A DNA stretch of 64,000 nt from Chiloscyllium plagiosum (taxonomy: Eukaryota): NCBI RefSeq assembly GCF_004010195.1, contig NC_057750.1, forward strand, positions 18,169,466 through 18,233,465, written 5' to 3'. A program made the translations under genes and the position numbers. Position 1 is the first letter of the stretch; each line of letters begins with the position of its first letter. The notes below the pieces were generated by a model. It made no database searches and was not told the DNA's origin. It saw only the letters and a list, made by a program, of their open reading frames with translations. Below, piece by piece: positions 41,201 through 56,200 of this stretch.

Positions 41201-44200
41201 CAACTCCACAATAGCTATAGGGAAGTACATTCACTTTTTGCTTCCCATTTTTATCTTTAAATTTATTCATTAAAACCAACACAAAAAATTAAACATTTGT
41301 TATTGCAAGTGTATTATCTTTTAAATGTTGCGATAAGACAGAGGATTCTGGGTAATCCAAGATAGAGAACAGGAAAAAAATTGTGGCTGTAACAGGTGCT
41401 CCTTTTTTTGACGTATTTTAGGTGTTGGAGGTGATTTCCTTGAATTCCAGGAGCAACAATCACTATTTTATATAGTGTTGCATTGTTTTGGAACTTTGGG
41501 GGAACAAAAGGTCAAAACAATAGCACCTTAAAAAAGAAGAGGACAGACAAAGACAGTGACCACATCGTCAGACAAAGAAACCTACACTGCTGTCTGACAC
41601 AGCAGTGAGTCTGCCCAGATACTGCCTTTGCTGTTCAAGTTCAACTATCTCTGGACATTGGAGTGTGCCAAGGAAAAAAATAACAAACAGCAAAATTCAC
41701 AGCTCACCTTGGAGGAACCAATGTGAAAGAGCTCACAGCACAAGAACAGATAAGTGCATAGTTTTTTTTAGTGTAGCCTTAGTGTAAATCTACAATCGTG
41801 ATTAGAATGGGTTCTTTGTTCATTATTTGTTTCACTGATATCAGTCTCTTGATTAATTTTTAAAAAAATATAAGCCATAAGTATTAAGTTAGCCTAGAGC
41901 AGTGTTTTTAGAGCAATAAGATGATACTATTTTCTGGGTTTGTCAACTATGAAGGAGCAAAAATGGCCTTTAGTAGAGTGATGTGCTCTTCCTTTTTGGA
42001 CGTGGGAGTTTAAGGATAGTTTCCACGTTACTGATGATTATGACTGTGAGAAGGGTCTGGTTGCGAATCCTTTCAGATCACATGGATCATTTGGAGCAGC
42101 AGTTAGAGGCAATGAGGAATTTACAGCAGCTAGGGAGAGTGATGGATGGCAGTTATAGAAAGGGAGAAAAGCCGCAGATACAGTCAGGTAGATGGGTTAA
42201 CTCCAGGAAAGGTAAGAGAGCTAGGCAGGTAGTGCAGGAGTCTCCTGTGGCTATCTCCACCTCAAAAAAGTATGCTCTTTTGGAAAATGTAGGGGGTGAT
42301 GGACCCTCAGGGGAATGTAGCAGGAACAGCCAGGTTTCTGGTCCTGAGATTGGCTCTAAAGTAACGAGGGATACATCAGGTTCCAAGTAATTGATTGCAA
42401 TAGGAGACTCTCTCGTCAGAGGCACAGATAGACATTTTTGTGGCCAGCAGCGAGAAGTCAGAATGGTGTGTTGCCTCCCTGGTGCCAGGATACAGGATAT
42501 TTTGGAGAGGGTGCAGAACGTTCTCAAAGAGGAGGGGGACCAGCAGGAGGTCATTGTATACATTAGAACTAATAACATAGGAAGGGAAAAGGATGAGATT
42601 CTGAAGGGAGAATACAAAAGTTAGGCAGGAATTTAAAAAGCAGGTCCTTTTAGTAATATTTGGATTACTCCCAATGCTTTGAGCTAGTGAGGGTAAGAAC
42701 AGGAGGACAGAGCAGATGAATGCATGGCTGAGGAGCCAGTGCAAGGGAGAACAGTACACATTTTTGGATCATGGGAATCTCTTCTGGGATAGACATAACC
42801 TGTACAAGGAGGATGGATTGCACCTGAATTTAAAGGGGATTAATATACTGGCAGGGAGATTTATTAGAGTTGCTCAGGTGGATTTAAACTAGTAAGGCGA
42901 GGGGGGTGGGACACAGGGAAATAGTGAGGAAAGAGATCAATCTGAGGCTGTTATAGTTAGGTAAAAGTAGATAGTCAGTCAGGGCACGTAGGAACAAAGG
43001 AAACAACAAGGTAGGACTGATAAATTAAACTGCATTTATTTCAATGCAAAAAGCATAACAAGGAAGGCATGGTTAGGAACATGGGACTGGAATATCATAA
43101 TAATTACAGAGATGTGGCTCAGGAATGGACGGGACTGTTAAGTGTGTAAGTGTGTTAAGCATGTAAAAGAAAATTTTCTGATTCAACATGTGGATGCGCT
43201 GACCAGAGAAGCTGCAAAACCTGACCTACTCTTGGGAGATAAGGCAGGGCAGGTGACTGAAGTGTCAGCGGGGAAGCACTTTGGGGCCTGTGACCATAAT
43301 TACACTAGTTTTAAAATAATGATGGAAAAGGATAGACCGGATCTAAAAGCTGAAGTTCTATATCAGAGGAAGAACAATTTTGACGGTATTAGGCAAGAAC
43401 TTTTAAAAAGCTGATTGGGGGCAAACGTTCACAGGTAAACGTATGGCTGGAAAATGGTAAGTCTTCAAAAATATGGTAACGAGAATCCAGAGACAGTATG
43501 TTCTTGCTAGAGTGAAAGACAAGGCTGGTAGGTGTAGGGAATAGAACATAGAACAATACAGCACAGAACAGGCCCTTCGGCCCACGATGTTGTGCCGAAC
43601 ATTTGTCCTAGCTTAAGCACCTGTCCATGTACCTATCCAATTGCCGCTTAAAGGTCACCAAAGATTCTGACACTGCCACTCCCACAGGCAGCACATTCCA
43701 TGCACCCAACCCTCTCTGGGTAAAGAACCTACTCCTGACATCCCCCCCTTCCACCCTTCACCTTAAATTTATGTCCCCTTGTAACACTCTGTTGTACCCG
43801 GGGAAAAAGTCTCTGACTGTCTACTCTATCTATTCCTCTGATCATCTTATAAACCGCTATCAAGAACCCCTCATCCTTCGCCGTTCCAATGAGAAAAGGC
43901 CTAGCACTCTCAACCTATCCTCGTACGACCTATTCTCCATTCCAGACAACATCCTGGTAAATCTNNNNNNNNNNNNNNNNNNNNNNNNNNNNNNNNNNNN
44001 NNNNNNNNNNNNNNNNNNNNNNNNNNNNNNNNNNNNNNNNNNNNNNNNNNNNNNNNNNNNNNNNNNNNNNNNNNNNNNNNNNNNNNNNNNNNNNNNNNNN
44101 NNNNNNNNNNNNNNNNNNNNNNNNNNNNNNNNNNNNNNNNNNNNNNNNNNNNNNNNNNNNNNNNNNNNNNNNNNNNNNNNNNNNNNNNNNNNNNNNNNNN

Positions 44201-47200
44201 NNNNNNNACCCTTCGACTCTCTCTTCCAAGTCATTAATAAAAATTACGAACAGCAGAGGACCCAGAACTGATCCCTGCGGAACTCCTCTTGTAACTGGGC
44301 TCCAGGCTGAATATTTACCATCTACCACCACTCTTTGCCTTCGACCGGTTAGCCAGTTTTCTATCTAATTGGCCAAATTTCCCTCTATCCCCTGCCTCCT
44401 GACTTTCCGCATAAGCCTACCATGGGGAACTTTATCAAATGCCTTACTAAAATCCATGTATACTACATCCACTGCTCTACCCTCATCCACATGCTTGGTC
44501 ACCTCCTCAAAGAATTCATTAAGACTTGTAAGGCAAGACCTACCCCTCACAAATCCGTGCTGGCTGTCCCTAATCAAGCAGTGTCTTTCCAGATACTCAT
44601 AAATCCTATCCCTCAGTATCCTTTCCATTACTTTGCCTACCACCGAAATAAGACTAACTGGCCTGTAATTCCCAGGGTTATCCCTATTCCTTTTTTAAAC
44701 AGAGGCACAACATTCGTCACTCTCCAGGCCCCTGGCACCACCCCCATTGACAGTGAAGACGAAAAGATCATTGCCAACGATTCTGCAATTTCCTCTCTTG
44801 CTTCCCACATAATCCTAGGATATATCCGGCCAGGCCCGGGGGACTTGTCTATCCTCAAGTTTTTCAAAATGCCCAACACATCTTCCCTCCTAACAAGTAT
44901 CTCCTCTAGCTTACCAGTCCGTTTCATACTCTCCCCTTCAACAATACGGTCCCTCTCATTTGTAAATACTGAAGAAAAGTACTCATTCAAGACCTCTCCT
45001 ATCTCTTCCGACTCAATACACAGTCTCCCACTACTGTCCTTGATTGGGCCCACCCTCGTTCACGTCATTCTCATGTTTCTTACATACGCATAAAAGGCCT
45101 TGGGGTTATCCTTGATCCTACCCGCCAAAGATTTTTCATGCCCTCTTTTAGCTCTCCTAATCCCTTTCTTCAGCTCTCTCCTGGTTATCCTGTATCCCTC
45201 CAACGCTCTGTCTGAACCTTGTTTCCTCAACCTTATGTAAGCCTCCTTCTTCCTCTTTACAAGACATTCAACCTCCCTCGTCAACCAAGGTTCCCTCACA
45301 CGACCATCTCTTTCCTGCCTGACAGGTACATACATATCAAGGACGCATCGTATCTGTTCCTTGAAAAAGTTTCACATTTCAGCAACATCCTTCCCTGACA
45401 GCCTATGCTCCCAATTTATGCTCTTCAGCATCGTATTTACCCTTCCCCCAATTGTAAAACCTGCCCTGTTGCACGCACCTATCTCTCTCCATAACCAAGG
45501 TGAAAGTCACAGAATTGTGGTCACCATCATCAAAATGCTCACCCACTAACAAGCCCATCACTTGTCCCGGTTCATTACCAAGTACCAAATCCAATATGGC
45601 CTCCCCTCTGGTCGGACAATCTACATATTGAGTTAGAAAAGCTTCCTGGACACACTGCACAAACACCGCCCCATCCAATCTTCTTGATCTAAGGAGCTTC
45701 CAATCAATATTTGGGAAGTTGAAATCGCCCATGACTACTACCCTGTGGCTTCTGCACCTTTCCAAAATCTGTTTCCCAATCTGTTTCTCCATATCTCTGC
45801 TGCTATTAGGGGGCCTATAGTAAACACCCTTCCCCCATGGAATGCTAAAAGGCAAGAGAAATTGAGGTTTTGGTTAAGAGAAAGGAGGAAGCATGTCAGG
45901 TATAGACAGCAGAGATCGAGTGAATCCTTAGAAGTGTGCAAAGAGGGAAATCAGGAGGGTAAAAAAGGGACATGAGATAGCTTTGGCAAGGAGGATTTAG
46001 GAGAATCCAGAGAGATTTTATAAATATGTTAAGGACAAAGGGGCAACAAGGGACAGAATAGGGTCCCTCAAAGATCAACAAGGCAGCCAATGTGTGGAAC
46101 CACAAGAGATGGAGGAGACACTAAACAAGTATTTTGCATCAGTGTTTACTGTTGAAATGGACATGGAGGATATAAAATGCAAGGAAATACATGGTGACAT
46201 CTTGAAAAGTGTCCATATTACACAGGTGGTGGTGCTGCATGTCTTAAAATGCACCTAAATGGATAAATTCCTAGGAGCTGATCAGGTGTACCCTAGAACT
46301 CTGAGAAGCTAGGGAAGTGATTGCTGGGCCCCTTGCTGAGATATTTATCACCGATAGTCACAGGTGCGGTGCCAAAAGATTGGAGGTTGGCTAATGTGGT
46401 GCCACTATTTAAGAAAGGTGGTAAGGAAAGCTAGGGAACGATAGACCAGTGAGTCTGACATCGGTTATGGGCAAGTTGTTGGAGGGAGACCTGATGGAGA
46501 GGTTTTACACTCATTTAGAAAAGCATGGGCTGAGTAGGGATAGTCAACATGGCTTTGTGTATGGAAAATCATGTCTCACTAACTTGACTGAGTTATTTGC
46601 AGTCATGAAGAGGATTGATAAGGGCAGAAGAGTGGACATGATCTTTATGGACTTCAGTAAGGCATTCAACAAAGTTCCTCATGGTAGACTGATTAGCAAG
46701 GTTAGATCTCAGAATACAGGGAGAACTAACCATTTGATACAGAACTGGCTCAAAGGCAGAAGACAGAGGGTGGTGGTGAAGGGTTGCTTTTCAGTCCGGA
46801 GGCCTGTGACCAGAGGTGTGCCATAAGGATCAGTTTTTTTGTAATTTACATAAATGCTTTGGATGTGAACATAGGAGGTATAGTTAGTAATTGTGCAGAT
46901 GATACCAAAATTAGAGGTGTAGTGTACAGCGAAGAAGGTTACCTCAGAATACAATGGGATCTTGGATCAGAAAGGTCAGTGGGCAGAGGAATGGTAGATA
47001 AAGTTTCATGTTCAGATAAATGTGAAGTGCTCCATTTTGGAAAGGCAAATCAGAGCAGGACTTATACACTTAACGGTAAAGTCCTGAGGAGTGTTGCTGA
47101 ACATACAGAACTTGGAGTGCAGGTTCATAGCTCCTTGAAAGTGAAGTTGCAAGTAGATAGGACAGTGAAGGCGGTGTTTGGTCTGTTTTTCTTTATTGGA

Positions 47201-50200
47201 CAGAACATAGGATTGGGAGGTCATATTGCAACCGTTCAGGTCATTGGTTAGGTCAATTTTGGAATATTGCGTGCAATTCTGGTGTTTCCCCTCTTAGGAG
47301 GATATTGTGAAACTTGGAAGGGTTCAGAAAAGACCTACAAGGATATTGCCAGGGTTGGAAGACTTGAACTATCGGGAGAGGCTGAATAGCCTGTTTTTCC
47401 TGGAGCATCGGAGGCTGAGGGGTGATCTTTTAGAGTATTATAAAATCATCAGGGTCATGGATTGAGTAAATTGATAAGATATTTTCCCTGGGGTGGAGTC
47501 CAGAACTAGAGGACATCGGTTTAGGATTAGGGGGCAACTTTTTCACAAAGGTTGTGCGTGTATGGAATGAGCTGCCAGAGGAAGTAGTGGAGGATGGTAC
47601 AATTACAACATTTAAAAGGCATCTGGATGGATATATGAATAGGAAAGGTTTAGAGGGATATGCGCCAAGTGCTGGCAAATGGGACTAGATTAAGCTAGGA
47701 TATCTGCTCGGCATGGACGAGTTGGGCTGAAGGGTCTGCTTTTGGATATATGAATAGGAAAGGTTTAGAGGGATATGGGCCAAGTGCTGGCAAATGATTA
47801 GGTTAGGATATCTGGTCAGCATAGACGAGTTGGACCGAAAGGTCTGTTTCCATGCCGTACATCTCTATAACTCTACAAGTGTTAATGACGGTCAATCTCC
47901 CAATCAGCATGCAGTCTCACTACTTAATGTTTTGAATATCTCGAAATATCTAACAAATAAGTTTGTTTCAAATCTTCCCATCCCTACAACCACACTCAAT
48001 CTGATATTAAATACACAGTCCTTTATCTTTCATGTTTCTTTCTAATCAAATCAACCTCAAGGGTTAATGAGATACACAGTAATCATCTTCAGTCAATGCC
48101 CAAAATTCCTTTGCATTCTTCTTGCTGGCTATTGTTTGAAGGCTTATACTATTTGACTTGCAACTACATTTCCTCTTCAGCATCAAGGTAGTTCATCTTC
48201 TGACTCAGCTCAGCTGCTGCTGAATTGCTCATCATTGCCCCTGGTAGCTTTAAACTTGATTATTCCAATGCCCTAAAAACAGTTTTGGAGAAACTCAGCA
48301 GGTCTGGCAGCATTTGTGGAGATTGAAATAGGCAGAAGAGTTAAATTGATCTTGAAACAAACCTGTTTCTTTCTCTCCACAGATGCTACTAGGCCTGGTG
48401 TGTTTCTCCAGAACCTTTTGCTTTTATTTCAGATCTCCAGTACCCACAGTACTTTGCTTTTATTTCAATGCATTCTACCCACTGTAAACTTGAGCTTATC
48501 CAAAATACTATCTATATCCTAACTCATACAAAATCCTGTTTACCTTTCATCTCTGTGCTCACCGATCCCTTTAGTTCCTAGAGGTCCCATGTCTCATTTT
48601 CAAATCTATTTGTTGCCTGCCCTGCCCCAGAATATCTTCCAGCCCTACAGCCCACTAAGATTTACTCAATTCTGGCCTCTTAAACATCCCTAATTTTCTT
48701 ATTCCACCAATGGTGGCTGTGCCTTTAGCTGGCTGAACTCCAAGCTCAAAATTCTCTCCCTAAACCTCGATGCTCTTTAAAATCTCTCTCTATCCAAATT
48801 TTTTTATTTACTTATTCTACTGCTTCTATACATGCCGGAAGCTTCAAATTTATTTTGCTTGTTTATACTCCACTGAAAGAGGATGGGACATTTCACCATA
48901 TTATAGGTGCTGCATAAATGCAAATTATTGTTTTAAGTACAGGGATTAAAATTACAAGTAGAGGGAAACGTCTAAACTTCAGGACAACAGACAAGCCACT
49001 AGAAAAGGGCTACTCTGACTCAAGCAACCTTTATTAATGACGTTCTCAACCAGCTTTCCTCACTTCATCCCGTGTAGTTAAGCCTAACATGCAAAGAAGG
49101 AACAACTGAGGGCCTGCAGCAAGAGGATTGGCATGAGAAAGTTTCCAAAAATCACTCACTACCACTTGTCCACTGACTTTAATCTCTCTTGACTACAGCG
49201 GGCCCTTTTAGATTGTTTCTGGGTTGGTTAAGACTTCTGTACAGCCACCCAACACCGTTGGAGCTCCCAAGGCCATCCAGGCTGTAACTGTGGCACAGTC
49301 CAAATAAATGACTTACACTGTTGAGGAATGTCTGCTGGCTAACTTAAAAATGGGTTTAAGGAACTCCAACTAGACACTAAAATGGCTATTGCCTGGCTTG
49401 GAGAATGTGCACATGCTAAATCAACACCAAAAAAAATGGTAATGATTAACAAGTCGAGGATTGAATAATTCTTGTTTATTTATTCTAGGAACAGAAACAA
49501 TTCCCGGCAACTAGTACTCAGTGTCAAAAATTATTATGTCAAGTTGGATGAAAACAAGAGCTCTTCTACTCCTCAACCTTAGTGTAGCACATTGGGATCT
49601 AGTAGTATAGTGATTATTTTATCTGAATTCATAACATAAAGGATTGGATAACGGTTGAGTCACATATAGGAAGGACGTGATTGCACCGGAGAGTGTGCAG
49701 AGAAGTGTGTATTGTGTTAAAACACAATGTTATCTGGGCTGGAGGGTTTTACTTTTGAAGTGAGATTGGATAGACAGGGATGATTAAGATAAACTTATAA
49801 GGGGCAGAGATAGGGTGAACATCAAGGACCCTTTCCCCTTGTTGGGAGGATTAACGACCAAAGGAGCATAGATTTAATGTAAGGAAGAGGAGGTTTAAGA
49901 GGGAAGGTGAAGAAAAATGTCTTTTCTCCACGAGAAGATGGTAGAAACCGGGATCTTACTGCCTGCAAGTGGGGTAAAGGAAGACACCTGCAAAACATTT
50001 TGGAGGCATTGAAGGCTTTTGGCAAGTGCTGGAAAATGGAATTAAAATAATTAGTTGGTTGTTTTTGGCTGGTGCAGACTTAATGGGTCGAAGTGCCTTT
50101 TTCTGTGCTATAGACCTTTATGATTATGGTTGTATGTCATGGGTTCAACTGCCATCTTTTGAGGGGTTGGGGGGGGGTGGAATTTAAATAAATTTGTAGT

Positions 50201-53200
50201 AAGAAAATTTAATGTTTGATATAACTCTGGGTGTCAACAGTGGCTCACAAACCTCCCTATACTCTGGGACAGCAAATGCTTTATTTTAATATTACAGTTT
50301 GTGGTTGCTGAATCTCAGTTTAATTTTAATCCGGATCTGAAATGCAAGATCATTGCTCCTGGGATTTATGTCCATTTCCATATTTTGAATGAACCAGCAT
50401 ATTGGAATGGATATTTAACAAAAGAACTTTAACTACATTCCAAGAGAAAAAGGTACTAACATTCGCGTAGTGCTGGGTGAAGGATTTCATGCTTCCCATT
50501 CCAACGCAAATCATTCCGCAATTTCTGCTCAAGTTTTCCAATCTCCACTGGGTCACCGAGAGAACCTGTTTGGAACGTTTTACAGTTAGGTATCAGGAAT
50601 TGCGAAAATAACAAGTAAGCATTCTCTGCTTTTCAGAAGTCCAAGATTTGGAAGAAATTCCTTAAAATTCTCCCAGTGTTCAAAGAATCAAAATGAAATT
50701 TTTCAACAATTTTTTTGTGTTCTACGGAAGAACACCAAATACTTTCGGTCTTAACTTGTTCAGTGTGTCACAAAGCTGGTCCTTTTTTCTCAAAGCTGCT
50801 CCTTTTCTCAAGGGTACTGTGTCCTGGGTTTTTTTTTCCCCAGAGGGGTAATACAGTGCTCCTGGCACCGGTTAGACTGGCTTGGTACAGAGATTAAAGG
50901 GTATTGAGAGGCCTTTTTGTTTATATGTAAACAGATGACACTTCAGGCCAAAGTGGTCATGTGTTAGAAGTGACCTATATAATGAAAGGAGCGTGGTCAG
51001 CTCTCGATCTGAGCAGTTCAGTCCAGAACTAGTTATGAGTTCAATAGAGACCTTTGTAGAAACTCACTCTCTCTCTTTCTGCCCTTCTAACATCAACCTG
51101 CAAGCATCTGTTCCATTTTTTAAATATTGTTTAAGGGGGTTTGCTTATTGAGGCTATTGTGTATATTCAGAACAACAAAATTAAGTCTAGTTTCGATAGA
51201 CTGAGTTCTGTAGAGGTTCTTTATTCTGTTCTTTGCGTTTCATTGTCTAATTTTGTGAATAAATGTCTGTCTGTTTTAAACCTAGTAGCCAACCTAGCTA
51301 GCTTACTCTTGGTTACCCCGGGTAATTTTAACTAGGGAAACAAATTGCAAAGTTATGGTTATGGACTTGAGCAGGCAACCCAGACAAGTGTTTCCATGAA
51401 ACCTTCGCTACAGGGTCTTCCCTCAGCCTGTACCAGTGTATGCCACAAAGTTCTTCCTTGCAATTAAATGCTATGGAATTAACTAGCTCCAGCAAAGCTA
51501 GAATCGATGGGAATTAGAGTCATAGAGATGTACAGCATGGAAATAGACCCTTCGGTCCAACCTGTCCATGCCGACCAGATATCCCAACCCAATCTAGCCC
51601 CGCCTGCCAGCACCTGGTCCATATCCCTCCAAACCCTTCCTATTCATATACCCATCCAAATGCCTCTTAAATGTTGCAATTGTACCAGCCTCCACCACTT
51701 CTGCTGGCAGCTCATTCCATACACGTACCATCCTCTGTGTGAAAACGTTGCCCCGTCGGTCTCTTTTATATCTTTCCCCTCTCACCCTAAACCTATGCCC
51801 TCTAGTTCTGGACTCCCCGACCCCAGGGAAAAGACATTGTCTATTTACCCTATCCACGCCCCTCATAATTTTGTAAACCTCTATAAGGTCACCCCTCAGC
51901 CTTCGACGCTTCAGGGAAAACAGCTCCAGCCTGTTCAGCCTCTCCCTGTAGCTCAGAACCTCCACCCTGTCAACATCCTTGTAAATCTTTTCTGAACCAT
52001 TTCAAGTTTCACAGCATCTTTCTGATAGNNNNNNNNNNNNNNNNNNNNNNNNNNNNNNNNNNNNNNNNNNNNNNNNNNNNNNNNNNNNNNNNNNNNNNNN
52101 NNNNNNNNNNNNNNNNNNNNNNNNNNNNNNNNNNNNNNNNNNNNNNNNNNNNNNNNNNNNNNNNNNNNNNNNNNNNNNNNNNNNNNNNNNNNNNNNNNNN
52201 NNNNNNNNNNNNNNNNNNNNNNNNNNNNNNNNNNNNNNNNNNNNNNNNNNNNNNNNNNNNNNNNNNNNNNNNNNNNNNNNNNNNNNNNNNNNNNNNNNNN
52301 NNNNNNNNNNNNNNNNNNNNNNNNNNNNNNNNNNNNNNNNNNNNNNNNNNNNNNNNNNNNNNNNNNNNNNNNNNNNNNNNNNNNNCCTGTATTCCATGAG
52401 ATCTAACCTTGCTAATCAGTCTCCCATGGGGAACCTTGTCGAACGCCTTACTGAAGTCCATATAGATCATATCTACCACTCTGCCCTCATCAATCCTTTT
52501 TGTTACTTCCTCAAAAAACTCAATCAAGTTTGTGAGACATGATTTCCCACTCACTAAGCCATGTTGACTATCCCTAATCAGACTTTGCCTTTCAGGGTCC
52601 AAGAGATGAATTTTGTTAGGGGATTCTATAGTCCGAGGTACAGACAGACGTTTCTGTGGCCAGCAGCGAAAAAGCAGAATGGTGTGTTGCTTCCCTGTTG
52701 CCAGGATCAAGGATGTCTCAGAGAGGGTGCAGAATGTTCTCACGGGGGAGAGGGGCTAGCAAGAGGTCATTGTCCACATTGGAACCAATGACATAGGAAG
52801 GGAAAAGGTTGACATTCTGAAGGGAGATTATAGAGAGTTAGGCAGAAATTCAAAAAGATCCTCGAGAGTAGTAATATCTGGATTACTCCCGGTCCTATGA
52901 GCTAGTGATGGCAGGAATAGGATAGAGGAGATGAATGCATGGCTGAGGAGCTGGTATATGGGAGAAGGATTCACATTTTTGGATCATTGGAATCTCTTTT
53001 GGGAATTGATCGGACCAGTCTGATTTCTGGGATAACAGAACCAATGTATAGAGAGCAACTGGATCAGTTAGGACTATATTCAGTGGAGTTTAAAAGACTG
53101 GAGATGAGGATGAATCTCACAGAAACCTATAAAATTCTAATAGGACAAAACAGGATAAAAGCAGGAAAGGTATTCTCAATGACTGGAGAGAGCAGAACCA

Positions 53201-56200
53201 GGGGTCAAAGTTTACCCAGAGAGTGGTGAGCCTGTGGAATTCTCTGTCATAGAAAGCACTTGAGACCAAAACAATGAAATGGTTTCAAGAAATGAGATAT
53301 ACTTCTTGGAACTAAAAGCATCAGAAGTTTTTAGGGAGAAAGCAGGAACAGGATAACTGAGTGGGATGAACAACCATGATCATAGTGAATGGTGGAGCAG
53401 ACTCGAAGGGCCAAATGGCCTAATTCTCCCCTATTTCCTATGTTTCCGTTTAATACCAGGCAGATAGGAAGTTGGCTGTGATAACTGGAAGCAAATCATC
53501 TTAGCATCAGGATGATATCCAGCCATCTTTGGTTGATTCATCAAAGATCTTCATCACAAGATCAAAAGACAGGATGTCCACTGGTGGTTGCACAATGTTC
53601 ATCACATTTGTGCTTCCTGACTCCTTAAATGTTCAAGACTTAAATGCAACAAGGCATGTAAAATATCCAGGCTTGGACCGGCAAGTAGCAAGTAATATTC
53701 ACATTCCACAAGAAACAGGAATAACTAACTACCTCCAACAAGACAGAACGTAGCTACTATCCCATGATACCATAACTGAATCCCCCATTAGCAATATCCT
53801 GAGTTACCAATGACAAGAAACTAAACTAGATTAGCCATATAGGTAATATAATGACAAAGGCAGGTCAGAGGCTAGAAATCCTGCAGCACCTTCTAAACCC
53901 TTCTGTTTATCTTCCAAACAGATAAAACACAGCCTGCAAGATTCCCTCAAAGTCAGTCACACCCAGACGAGGAAACGTATCGCTGCTCCTTCAGTGTTCT
54001 TGGTCAAAATGCTCAAACTCCTGAATGGCACTGTGGGTCTACCTATGTCAAATGGACACCATTTGTTCAAAGAAAGCAGCTCATCAGCAACTTCTTAAGG
54101 GCACTAGGCACTGGCAATAAATGCTGGTCCAACCAACATCACATCCTATGAATGAATTTTCAAAATTCCAGCATGCAAAATTTCTTCTTAGAGAAAGCCA
54201 GTTAAATCTAAATATTTAGGGAGTAGGAACAGGGAGCGTTCTTCCTTTTTCAACTCTTAGTCATAATCATGCCATCCCAAGGAAAGCTCCAATACTGCAA
54301 TGAAACAATATGAATGGAGAAATAAAATTTCACAAGGATCTTACCAACACTAACCATACGAACAAGAATTGATATGCGAAAGTTCTTATTGTGGCCAATA
54401 TATCTTATTTAAATGTACTTGAATACTATCATTACAGCTGCTGCTTAAATTGCTATCCTGCTTTCCTTTTGAAAAAACATTGACACCAGCCTGAAGTCCA
54501 AGACTTGTAGCAGACCCACTGCTCAACAATGTTAAATACAAGGAATCAGCTTAAGAAACCTAATTACTAATTAATGCATAGAACATAAATCATTCAGAAC
54601 ATAGAACATTACAGTGCAGTACAGGCCCTTCGGCCCTCAATGTTGCACCGACTGGAACCAATCTGAAGCCTATCTATCCTACATTATTCCATTTTCATCC
54701 ATATGTTTAACCAATGACCATTTAAATGCCCTGAAAGTTGGCGAGTCTACTACTGTTTCAGACAGTGCATTCCACACTCCTACTACTGAGTAAAGAAACT
54801 ATCTCTGACAATTGTCCTATATCTATCATCCCTCAATTTAAAGCTCTGTCCCCTCGTACTAGTCATCTCCATCAGAGGAAAAAGGCTCTCACTGTCCACC
54901 CATCTAACCCTCTGATTATCTTAAATGCCTCTATTAAGCCACCTCTCAACCTTCTGCTCTCCAACAGAAACAGCCTCAAGTCCCTCAGCCTTTTCTCATA
55001 AGACCTTCTCTCCATACTAGGCAACATCTCTTCTGAACCCTTTCCAATGCTTCCATATCCTTCCTAAAACGTGACGACCACAACTGTACACAATACTCCA
55101 AGTGCGTCCACACCAGAATTTAGTATAGCTGCAGCATGACCTTATGGCTCTCAATCTCTCTACCAATAAAAGTTAACACAACGTATGTCTTCTCAACAAC
55201 CTTATCAACCTGGGTGGCAACTTGCAGGGAGCTATGCACTAGGGACAGTGAGATCTCTCTGCTCATCCACACTACCAAGAATCTTTATTCCTCTTGCTCC
55301 TTCCAAAGTGAATCACCTCACACTTTTCCGCATTAAGCTCCATTTGCCACCTCTGAGCCCAGTTCTGCAGCTTGTCAATGTCCCACTGTAACCTGCAACA
55401 TCCTTCAGCACTGTCCACAACTCTACTGACCTTAAATGTCATCCGTAAATTTACTAACCCATCCTTCTATGCCTTCATCCAGGTCATTTATAAATATGAC
55501 AAACAGCAGTGGTCCCAAAAGAGATCCTTGCAGTACACCACTAGTAAATGAACTCCAGGATGAACATTTCCCAACAATCTGAATTCCCCTCTGAATTCTT
55601 TCAGCTAGCCAATTTCTGATCCAAACCGCTAAATCACCTTCAATCCCATGCCTCCATATTTTGTGCAATAACCTACTGTGGGAAACCTTATCAAACAACC
55701 TTATTGAAATCCATATACACCACATCAAATGCTTTACCCTCATCCACCTGTTCAGTCACCATCTCAAAAGAACTTAATAAGGTTTGTGAGGCACGACCTA
55801 CCCTTCACAAAATCGTGTTGACCAACCCTAATCAACTTATTCCTCTCTAGATGATTATAAATCCTATACTTTATAATCCTTTCTAATACTTTATCCACAA
55901 CCAAAGTAAGGCTCTCTGGTCTATAATTACCAAGGTTGTCTCTACTCTCCTTCTTGAACAAGGGGACATTTGCTATCCTCCAGTCTCTGGCACTATTCCT
56001 GTAGACAATGACGACATAAAGATCAAAGTCAAAGGCTCTACAGTCTTCTGGCTTCCCAGAGAATCCCAGGAAAAATCCCATCAGGCCCAGGATACTTATC
56101 TGTTTTCACACTTTCCAGAATTGCACACACCTCCTCCTTGTGATCCTCAATCCCGTCTCATCTCGTAGCCTGTAGCTTAGTATTCTCCTCGACAACATTT

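Larger units (their letters stand above)
41343..47875 (+). mobile_element. Near-full-length degenerate CR1 (5' UTR, ORF1 with esterase, ORF2 EN-RT, 3' UTR)
   Basis: [73 protein letters not shown]; many frameshifts. Confidence 0.92.
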
